Assembly: GCF_051414075.1 (NCBI RefSeq)
Contig: NZ_JBLKNY010000007.1
Coordinates: 12,706 to 52,705, forward strand
Direction of reading: 5' to 3'
Source: Halosimplex marinum
GTDB lineage: Archaea > Halobacteriota > Halobacteria > Halobacteriales > Haloarculaceae
Length of the DNA stretch: 40,000 bases
Numbering within the stretch: position 1 is the first letter of the stretch; every line of letters begins with the position of its first letter. Shown here in pieces: positions 33,011-40,000 of this stretch. The notes beneath the pieces were generated by a model. It did not search any database and was not told the origin of the DNA. It saw nothing but the letters and a program-made list of their open reading frames with translations. The position numbers and the translations under genes were made by a program.

Positions 33011-34186
33011 ATGGATATCGTGCAGGTGACCCCCTATTTGGCCTCGCCCCCCGGAACCGGTGGTGCGAGGCGTATTCACGGACTGGTCAGCGGGCGACAG
33101 GGTGACGATGAACTGATCCGGTTCTCCGACGGACGGTGCCTCCAGCGGTACGAACTGGACCGACTCGGCGACGTCGAACGGATCGACAGAGAGGGTTACG
33201 TCGAGCGGCGGGTCTGTATTCTCCCCGGAACAATCTCGCGCAGAGTCGTCTCGCCCGCTGTCCAGACTGTCTTCTCCGGGTATCGAACCCGGCTCTACGC
33301 CAACGAAGAACTTCAGCGGACGCTGAAAGGGGCGGACCTCGTCGTGGTCGAACATCCCTGGCAGTTCGACCTGGTTGCCACGCACGCCGACCGAAACACG
33401 ACGGTCGTCTACTCCAGCCACAACGTCGAACGCGAGTACTACGATACCCTGACCGAGCGCGTCTTCGCGGAACCGTTACTCCGCTATATCGAGTCACTCG
33501 AAACCCGGGCGGCAAAGAAAGCGGACCTGGTCGTGGTCACGTCGGAACGGGACGGCCAGCACTATCGCTCCCAATACGGGGTCGAAACGCCCATCCACGT
33601 CGCGCCGAATGCCACACGTATCCCCGAATCGACGGCCGAACCGTCGTCCGATTCCCTCCCGGGTGGCGTCTCCGAAACGGATTTTGTCGCAACGTTCGTC
33701 GGAAGCGACCATCGACCCAACGTGGATGCGGTCGATGCCCTCCTCGAAGTCGTTGACCGCATCTCCGCGGACGTTCAGGTCGTCGTTGCCGGCACTGTGG
33801 GTCACGCGTTCGAGGGGGACAGCACGCCGCCGAACGTCCATCTGCCGGGCTTCGTCGAAGATCTCGATAGTCTCTATGCGTACACGGACCTCGGCATGAA
33901 TCCCGTCACGACGGGCGCCGGATCGAACGTAAAGGTCCCCGAGTACCTGGCTCACGGCGTTCCCGTCCTTTCGACACCGTTCGGTGTCCGCGGCTTCCCG
34001 GTCGAAGACGGGAGGGAAGCGCTCGTACGTGACCTCTCCCAATTCCCCGCGACCATCAATGCGGCCTCCCGGGGCGAACTGGACCTCTCGGCGCTCGCCC
34101 GTCGAGGGAAACGACTCGTCACCCAGCAACTGAACTGGCAGCGGGTCTCCCGAACGCTACTCGACCGGATCCGTACCGAGTACTAA
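33011..34186 (+). CDS. Glycosyltransferase family 4 (GT-B, glycos_transf_1)
   Basis: MDIVQVTPYLASPPGTGGARRIHGL... and the C-terminal motif GAGSNVKVPEYLAHGVPVLSTPFGVRG. ATG 33011 lies 11 nt after GGGAGGG; GTG 32999 is an alternative. Confidence 0.8.
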   Translation: MDIVQVTPYLASPPGTGGARRIHGLVSGRQGDDELIRFSDGRCLQRYELDRLGDVERIDREGYVERRVCILPGTISRRVVSPAVQTVFSGYRTRLYANEELQRTLKGADLVVVEHPWQFDLVATHADRNTTVVYSSHNVEREYYDTLTERVFAEPLLRYIESLETRAAKKADLVVVTSERDGQHYRSQYGVETPIHVAPNATRIPESTAEPSSDSLPGGVSETDFVATFVGSDHRPNVDAVDALLEVVDRISADVQVVVAGTVGHAFEGDSTPPNVHLPGFVEDLDSLYAYTDLGMNPVTTGAGSNVKVPEYLAHGVPVLSTPFGVRGFPVEDGREALVRDLSQFPATINAASRGELDLSALARRGKRLVTQQLNWQRVSRTLLDRIRTEY

Positions 34187-34195
34187 TCGATACTG

Positions 34196-34213
34196 TATAT
34201 TAATAAATATATG
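34196..34213 (+). promoter_or_regulatory. AT-rich TATA region for the GT2 gene (near-leaderless)
   Basis: tatattaataaatatatg is centred about 31 nt upstream of ATG 34236. Confidence 0.4.
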
Positions 34214-34235
34214 TTATTGGACACTACCCCCTGTA

Positions 34236-35108
34236 ATGGCCGATATCGACGTTTCGATCGTCGTCCCAGTCGCTGAGGATCCGGAGGGTCTTCGGACGAC
34301 AGTCAACGCCGTCTTAGCACAGACGTACGACGCATTCGAACTGCTCGTCGTCATCGACGACGAATCGAGCGAGTGTGAGGAGCTAGCCGAGTCGATCGCA
34401 GCCCGGGAGGACAGAATTTACTACTATATCGAAGACGAACACGGTACTGCTGCGGCCGCGCGAAACATCGGGATACGGGAGGCCGCCGGCGATTATCTCC
34501 TGTTCGTCGACGCGAACGTCGATTTCGGCCCCCGATGGCTGTCGACCCTCGTCGATACGATCGGAGCGGAGACCGACATCGTAGGCTGTGCGGTCACTGT
34601 CTACTCCTCGCACAGGGATACGGTCTTCGGGCGTCTGGACCAGCAGACCGGTTTTCCAACTCGCCGGACGATAGAACAACTCAAATTCGCGCCGAGTTGT
34701 TGTCTCCTCGTCGCGCGGGCAGTCGTCGAAGATATCGGAGAATTCGATCCCCGTCTGAACCAGAGCGAAGACCTCGAGTTCGGGAACAGGGCCTACGCCG
34801 GCGGATACTCGTTCGCGTACTTCGACGAGAGATCCGCCTACCACCCCTCCCGATCGTCGTTCACGGCCCTCACGAGAAAGTACCGTCGTCGGGCTGCGGG
34901 GACATCGACGCTCTGTGAGCGTTACCCCGACCGATACGGGCCGGACGGTGATCACCTCCGACCCGAGGAGAGGATCGTACCGCCGCTGTCCGGGTTCAAA
35001 CGGACCTGTCGAAATTGGGAGGACCTGTCATCGGCCGACAGAGTCACCCTGTACGCGGCGTTCGTGGTCGTCCGACTCACAGCTCGCCTCCAGAGACTCG
35101 CTCGATGA
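34236..35108 (+). CDS. Glycosyltransferase family 2
   Basis: DVSIVVPVAEDPEGL..., VIDDES, AAARNIGIREAAGDYLLFVDANVDF (DxD). This is a GT-A fold signature. Confidence 0.85.
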   Translation: MADIDVSIVVPVAEDPEGLRTTVNAVLAQTYDAFELLVVIDDESSECEELAESIAAREDRIYYYIEDEHGTAAAARNIGIREAAGDYLLFVDANVDFGPRWLSTLVDTIGAETDIVGCAVTVYSSHRDTVFGRLDQQTGFPTRRTIEQLKFAPSCCLLVARAVVEDIGEFDPRLNQSEDLEFGNRAYAGGYSFAYFDERSAYHPSRSSFTALTRKYRRRAAGTSTLCERYPDRYGPDGDHLRPEERIVPPLSGFKRTCRNWEDLSSADRVTLYAAFVVVRLTARLQRLAR

Positions 35109-35700
35109 CAGGTCACCGGATCCGCGTCGTCGACCCCGAGTCGAAACGTCGATCCCACATCGAGGACGGTCCTCGGAACCGTGTCGAGCCGTTCACCGCT
35201 TCAGTATCCGTACCGGGAGCGTTAGAACGCGTTTCAGATATCTGACCGCGAGATCCCGGAGTCTGACATCCTCGGACTTCGTCACGTATCCGATACCGCC
35301 GTCCTTATCGGTCCCTGTGTATGCCATATCTGACATAAATGCGTCTACTGTAAATAGTTCTGTCGCTTTATGAATTAGTTACACCGACACGTTCTCCGAA
35401 ATGTGTGTGATTTTTCACTCTAGCCATCAAGAGGCGGTGGGGTCCGGGATCGAGAATTTTCCGGCTCGCGTTCGGGGCTCCGGTCGTGGCGGGGTCGGTA
35501 CCCGCGGTTAGACATTCGAACGCGGAAGGCCCGCCGGAGCCAGCGAGTACCGAACTGCATCGGCCGACCGGGTGTTCGCTCACGCCCCACACGGTCTTCG
35601 ATCCGGTCGCCCTGTCCGGTGAAGTTGTGAATTACGAACGTGACCCCGCAGAAATTCCGTTGTTTCGCCCTTCGCGTTACCGATACACGACTCCGGTTCG

Positions 35701-36120
35701 ATGGTCAATACATTTACCATCGGAGCCCCAATCGGGGGTAGAGTGGTCGCGACCGATGGAGTGGACGGGACAGTGACGCGCTACGAGACCCACGTCGAGG
35801 ACGGGACGGTGTACGTCGGTGCGCCCGACGGGCCGCTGGAGATCGGTCCACTCGACGCGGTGCTGGACGCGGTGGGCGGCCCCTCCTGGACGATCAGCTA
35901 CACCGCCGCCGAACGGGAACGCCACCCCGAGATGGACACCTCCGACGCGGGACTGACCGTCGACGTGGTCGACATGATGCACACGATGACGTTCAGCGAG
36001 CGCTTCGTGGAGACGATGGCCGCCCACCCGGTCGAGACCCCCGAGAACGACGAGCTGTCCCCGCGGATGGGGCTGTTCGTCGGCAAGCTGCTGGAGAATC
36101 TGGAGCACGGCGTGGACTGA
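35701..36120 (+). CDS. Hypothetical acidic cytoplasmic protein
   Basis: 139 aa with an ATG start and high third-position GC. No family recognised. Confidence 0.5.
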   Translation: MVNTFTIGAPIGGRVVATDGVDGTVTRYETHVEDGTVYVGAPDGPLEIGPLDAVLDAVGGPSWTISYTAAERERHPEMDTSDAGLTVDVVDMMHTMTFSERFVETMAAHPVETPENDELSPRMGLFVGKLLENLEHGVD

Positions 36121-36251
36121 CCGCCTGGGCCCGACCGGCAGGAGCCGGTGGGATCCCGCCGAGCTGTCGGCGGGGCCCGCCAGGCGTCCCGGTCCCGGCC
36201 CGGCGAGTGTCGGCGACGGCCCTTTCCGCTCGGATCGGCTACCCCCGCTCG

Positions 36252-37049
36252 ATGGACCACTTCGAGCGGAGCGGCCCCGTCCGCCGCCCGGGCACCACCG
36301 CGCTCGCGGGCCGGACGGTCGCCGTCGCGGTCGTCGTCCTCCTGGCAGTGACCGCCGCGGTCGGCCTGGGAGTGGTCGCGCTCGGCGGGGGACCGGGCGC
36401 CGCGGTCGACGCGCCGAACGCCACCGCGCCGCCGACCGACGACCGGCCCGGGGACGCGCCCGCGACCGGGTCGAACGGGACGGTCGTCGGCGGTACTGCC
36501 CCCGTCGCGCTGACCGACGACGCGGGGTCGTCCCCCGCCGACAGCTCCGACTCGGCCGCGACCGACGGCATCAACACGACGCTGATCGAGCGGGCGATCC
36601 ACGACCGGGTCAACGAGATCCGCAGCGATCGCGGTCTCTCGGCGCTGGCTTACGACGAGGACCTGGCGGAGATCGCCACCTACTACAGCCGCCGGATGGC
36701 GACCGAGGAGTTTTTCGCCCACACCGGCCCCGACGGGCAGACCCTGCTCGACCGCTACGAGCGCTTCGGCTACGACTGCCGGGTCGACACCGGGGGACAG
36801 CGGTACGTGACCGGCGGCGAGAACCTCGCGTACACCTACGCCGACACCCCGGTGGAGACCGAGGGCGGCGTCGTGAGCTACGACGGCAACGAGACGCGGA
36901 TCGCCCGCGGCATCGTCGAGGGGTGGATGCACTCCCCCGGACACCGCGAGAACCTCCTGCGGCCCTACTGGAACCGCGAGGGCGTCGGGGTCGTCCTCGA
37001 CCCCGAGAACGGCAAGACGCAGGTGGTCGCCACGCAGAACTTCTGTTGA
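36252..37049 (+). CDS. CAP/SCP (PR-1-like) domain protein with N-terminal membrane anchor
   Basis: Anchor TVAVAVVVLLAVTAAVGLGVVAL, followed by a Thr/Pro/Asp linker. CAP motifs: LAEIATYYSRRMA, GENLAYTY, IVEGWMHSPGHRENLL. ATG at 36252; GTG 36207 is an alternative. Confidence 0.8.
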   Translation: MDHFERSGPVRRPGTTALAGRTVAVAVVVLLAVTAAVGLGVVALGGGPGAAVDAPNATAPPTDDRPGDAPATGSNGTVVGGTAPVALTDDAGSSPADSSDSAATDGINTTLIERAIHDRVNEIRSDRGLSALAYDEDLAEIATYYSRRMATEEFFAHTGPDGQTLLDRYERFGYDCRVDTGGQRYVTGGENLAYTYADTPVETEGGVVSYDGNETRIARGIVEGWMHSPGHRENLLRPYWNREGVGVVLDPENGKTQVVATQNFC

Positions 37050-37132
37050 GGGGCGAGTGGCCGTCGACGCGAGTGGCCGTCGGCGCGAGGGGCCGATGAC
37101 CCGGCGGCTGACGACCCGAACGCCCGCTCGGT

Positions 37133-38464
37133 TCAGTCGGCCCGGCGAGTCAGCACCAGCCCGGTGACCGCGCCGGCGGCGGCGATGCCGGCCAGTACGA
37201 GGAAGAGCGCGGTCGTGGTCGCGACGGCGAGGATCCCGCCGGCGATTGTACCGCCGAGGGCGCCGACGCCGAACACGCCGAGGTAGGTGAACCCGTAGGA
37301 GAGCCCGCGCGTGCCCGACGGCGTGTGCTCGGCGACGGTCGCCTGGTACATCGGCTGGACGACGAACAGGAAGGCGCCCAGCAGCGCGCCGAGGGCCACT
37401 AGCGGGCCGAGTCCCGCCTCGGAGACGGGGACGAACAGGACAGCGAGGACCGCGAGCGTGCCGAACGCGCCCGCGAGACCGTAGCCGAGGGGGACGCGGT
37501 CGGTGAGCTTCCCGCCGACGTACTGGCCGACGACGCCGACGAGAAGCAACCCGGAGTAGAAGTACCGCTGGGGCTCGATCCGCCGGCCCGCGCCCGACTC
37601 GACGCCGAAGGTAGCCCTGACGGACTCGGGGAGGAGCGCGTCCGCCGGGACGGGTTCGAACCCGGGGAGGTCCCGGAGCAGTTCCGGGAGGAAGGTCAGG
37701 ACGCCGCGGTAGTACAGCCCCGAACACATCACGACGACGAACACCAGCGCGAACCCGCCCGCGAACAGCAGCCGCGACTCCGCGAGGAACTCGCCGAGGT
37801 CGTCGACGCCGCTGGTGGCCTTCGAGCCACCGTCGGCGGCCGTCTCACCGTCGGCGGCCGTCTCGCTGTCCGCGACGGCGGCGGTCTCGTCGAAGTCGGC
37901 GCGGGCGGCGTAGACGGCGGCGAGGACGGCGGGCGCGCCGAGGACGAGCGCGACGGTCCGCCACTCGAAGAACAGGAGCATGACCGTCGCGGCCAGCGGT
38001 CCGAGGCCGATGCCGAGGTTGCCGGCCACGCCGTGGTAGGCGAGGCCGGTGCCGCGCTGCTCGACGCCCTTGCTGATGAGCGAGAGACCCGCGGGGTGGT
38101 AGACGCTGGCGGCGATCCCCCACAGGACCAGCGCCGCGGCGACGACGAGCATGTTCGGCGCGAGGCCGAGCAGGACGTACGAGAGGCCCATCCCGAGCAG
38201 GCAGGCGCTGATGAGCCGCCGCGAGCCCACGCGGTCGACGAGGACCCCGCCGGGGAGCGCGCCGAGGCCGAACAGGCCGTAGCCCAGCGTGACGACCACG
38301 CCGACCGTCGCCGTCGTCACGTCGACGCTCGTGACGCCGAGCGGGATCGCGTCGAACTCGGTCAGCCAGACGACGACGAACAGCGGGACCGTCATCTCGT
38401 AGGTGTGGACCGCGCCGTGGGCCAGCGACGCGAGCGCCGTGATCGCCCTGTCGTTGCTGTTCAC
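37133..38464 (-). CDS. MFS transporter
   Basis: 443 aa with about 12 TM segments. Motif A-like sequence: LPGGVLVDRVGSRRLI. An acidic central loop is present. GTG start at 38464. Confidence 0.85.
   Translation of the reverse strand: MNSNDRAITALASLAHGAVHTYEMTVPLFVVVWLTEFDAIPLGVTSVDVTTATVGVVVTLGYGLFGLGALPGGVLVDRVGSRRLISACLLGMGLSYVLLGLAPNMLVVAAALVLWGIAASVYHPAGLSLISKGVEQRGTGLAYHGVAGNLGIGLGPLAATVMLLFFEWRTVALVLGAPAVLAAVYAARADFDETAAVADSETAADGETAADGGSKATSGVDDLGEFLAESRLLFAGGFALVFVVVMCSGLYYRGVLTFLPELLRDLPGFEPVPADALLPESVRATFGVESGAGRRIEPQRYFYSGLLLVGVVGQYVGGKLTDRVPLGYGLAGAFGTLAVLAVLFVPVSEAGLGPLVALGALLGAFLFVVQPMYQATVAEHTPSGTRGLSYGFTYLGVFGVGALGGTIAGGILAVATTTALFLVLAGIAAAGAVTGLVLTRRAD
37829..37864. repeat. 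2 x 18-bp perfect tandem duplication inside the MFS central loop
   Basis: accgtcggcggccgtctc occurs twice in tandem and encodes GETAAD-GETAAD on the minus strand. Confidence 0.9.
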
Positions 38465-38490
38465 TAAATCGCTGTATTCCGTCGCCGGCC

Positions 38491-38498
38491 TTTATTTC
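38491..38498 (-). promoter_or_regulatory. TATA-like element for the MFS gene
   Basis: The minus strand reads gaaataaa, centred about 30 nt upstream of the GTG at 38464. Confidence 0.35.
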
Positions 38499-38637
38499 GA
38501 CGGTTCCGATGCTTCCTAATTAACGAAGCTCATTTACGCTATTTCTCGGTTTTAAATCAGGGGTTAGGGTGGAATTCTTGTGTCTATCTACCGAATTATT
38601 TTATCCTCGACTTTTTGATTCTGAGAACAATTACTTT

Positions 38638-38651
38638 GATTAACTATTAAG
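38638..38651 (+). promoter_or_regulatory. TATA-like element for the island ATPase gene (near-leaderless)
   Basis: gattaactattaag is centred about 31 nt upstream of ATG 38676. The whole region is AT-rich, so specificity is low. Confidence 0.3.
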
Positions 38652-38675
38652 TAGCCTGAATTGGGTTTCTACACC

Positions 38676-40000
38676 ATGAATCTCGATGGAGTTAAATCAT
38701 ATTCGATCAAAAATTATAAGTCTATTATCAACTCAGGCGATATTGATATTGATGGCATTTCTGTGATTTTGGGCCCGAACAGCTCTGGAAAAACCAATTT
38801 GATAGAACCGCTTCTCCTACTTAAACAATCCACAGATACAGAAGGCCTCAATTTGACACTAAATGGCAAAAGCATCAAAGCTGGAACGTATTCGGAAGTG
38901 GTGAAAGATCACGAGATCGAGAATGACATTGTATATAGTTTCAAATATGACTATTCGAATGAGCCAAAGGATGATGATCGGCCCTTAGAGTGTCCTATAT
39001 GTAGTAAGAATTATATTGAAGAAGGCTGGTATAGGCGTCACATTAGAACAGAGCATCCAAAATTCTGGAATTATGCGGAAGAATCTATTGAGATATATGA
39101 AGATTTCCCTCCCGACAATCCTTATCTCGAGCTTGCGTTTGGATATGATGAAGAGGTTGAGAGAAATCGTCTGAAGCGTGTGGAAATGGGCTATCCAGAA
39201 GAAATCGGATCTTTATATTTGTCATATATCTCTGCACAATTCAAGCGGAGCAGTGTGTCTGTATCTGTTATTGATGTAAATGATAATCAAATATTAGATG
39301 TTGAGCTCGAAAATGAGGATCACTATATATCAAATCCACAGGGACTGATAGCTATTGAATATGTACTACGTGAAACTATCTCAAATTTCGCGAAAGGAGA
39401 TCGGGGTCGGCAGTATCTGAGATATTCTAAGAACCAACCATATATTCCAGATCAAAAAATCCCAAGCGCTGAATTGCACTCAAAGGAGCTCTCAAAAATA
39501 TTCCAATTATATAACAAGGGTGAAGACCCAGATAACAGGAGTGATTTAAATATCAACGAGGAACTGGAGAACCTTGCAAGAGGACTAATAAACAGGATCG
39601 CTTCTTCTGTGGAAATATCAAGCAAAATGCTTCGATATATAGATAATGTTGGGGAAAATATTTCCCATGTAGGGCCGTTAAGAAGGAGTCCGCAAAGAAT
39701 TTATTTCGGAAGTGGAGCAGATTCCAGGGATTCGCACTCGCAAGGTGTAAATATTGAAGAAAAAATCCTCAGAAAAGCTGAGATGGGGAACTCACCGATC
39801 TTAGAAAAGACAAACCAATGGTTGAAACAGACAGGATTTGACTGCAAATTAGATATTGAGAGTGTAGAAATCGGGGATATCTATCAGTTAAAAGTAATTG
39901 AGGATGGTCTATCCGTTAATTTAGCTGACTCGGGTTTTGGACTCTCTCAAGCCCTGCCGATTCTGGTTGAGTGTATATATATGGGTCTACGTGAGGAAAG
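38676..40000 (+). CDS. ABC/SMC-type AAA_15/AAA_21 (DUF3696-like) ATPase with embedded C2H2 zinc finger; 3' end beyond the window
   Basis: Own translation; 441 codons remain open to the window edge, so it is absent from the ORF track. Sequence: MNLDGVKSYSIKNYKSIINSGDIDIDGISVILGPNSSGKTNLIEPLLLLKQS (Walker A at 38772..38795) ...HVGPLRRSPQRIYF...TNQWLKQTGFDCKLDIE...LADSGFGLSQALPILVE. The Walker B/D-loop is expected just beyond 40000. Confidence 0.85.
   Translation, partial: MNLDGVKSYSIKNYKSIINSGDIDIDGISVILGPNSSGKTNLIEPLLLLKQSTDTEGLNLTLNGKSIKAGTYSEVVKDHEIENDIVYSFKYDYSNEPKDDDRPLECPICSKNYIEEGWYRRHIRTEHPKFWNYAEESIEIYEDFPPDNPYLELAFGYDEEVERNRLKRVEMGYPEEIGSLYLSYISAQFKRSSVSVSVIDVNDNQILDVELENEDHYISNPQGLIAIEYVLRETISNFAKGDRGRQYLRYSKNQPYIPDQKIPSAELHSKELSKIFQLYNKGEDPDNRSDLNINEELENLARGLINRIASSVEISSKMLRYIDNVGENISHVGPLRRSPQRIYFGSGADSRDSHSQGVNIEEKILRKAEMGNSPILEKTNQWLKQTGFDCKLDIESVEIGDIYQLKVIEDGLSVNLADSGFGLSQALPILVECIYMGLREE
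38991..39056 (+). other. Canonical C2H2 zinc-finger motif inside the ATPase
   Basis: ECPICSKNYIEEGWYRRHIRTEH = C-x2-C-x3-Y-x5-Y-x2-H-x4-H, matching the classical C-x2-4-C-x3-F-x5-L-x2-H-x3-5-H spacing. Confidence 0.6.

Noticed and set aside
32746-33421. ORFs 32746..33105(+) and 32849..33421(-) in or overlapping the coxA-GT4 spacer.
   Set aside because: There are no motifs, third-position bias is poor, and both overlap the well-supported GT4 gene. They are probably non-coding.
38465-38675. Looked for a tRNA gene, integrase fragment or att-like direct repeat at the GC-to-AT junction.
   Set aside because: No tRNA-like cloverleaf sequence or ORF is present in the 210 bp. The right-hand island border is outside the window, so direct repeats cannot be assessed.

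Overview
The window is GC-rich haloarchaeal (class Halobacteria) chromosomal DNA. Supporting signs are an acidic proteome, TFB, a TrmB regulator, a Tat/lipobox solute-binding protein, and many ATGA/GTGA-coupled genes. Order of content: gatC-gatA (gatA cut by the left edge), tfb, NUDIX hydrolase, pilin-like protein, then a co-directional string of polysaccharide deacetylase / membrane protein / PHP phosphoesterase / asparagine-synthase-like PP-loop enzyme. Next come an M50-CBS protease, a DUF21-only protein, and a membrane-anchored protein with five tandem YegP/DUF1508 modules. A divergent pair of radical-SAM/SPASM enzymes then brackets a small PaaB-like acidic protein, followed by an ArsR-like HTH plus small membrane protein pair. 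An alpha-glucoside utilisation locus follows: two tandem GH13 paralogues, an Opp/Dpp-type ABC importer with a fused double ATPase, and TrmB. After it lies a DUF2249 / cupin / stand-alone GluTR-dimerisation-domain / polytopic membrane protein / orphan cytochrome oxidase subunit I cluster. A lower-GC block with two glycosyltransferases, a CAP-domain protein and an MFS transporter come next. From about 38.5 kb the sequence switches abruptly to AT-rich DNA whose first gene is a defence-type ABC/AAA_15-like ATPase with an embedded canonical C2H2 zinc finger, truncated by the window edge. I found no rRNA, tRNA, CRISPR array or recognisable transposase. The most interesting candidates are the AT-rich island ATPase, the rSAM pair with its PaaB-like partner, the five-module YegP array protein, and the GluTR-dimerisation-domain protein with 8 x 21-bp repeats. 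All family assignments come from reading motifs by eye and from memory; no searches were run.
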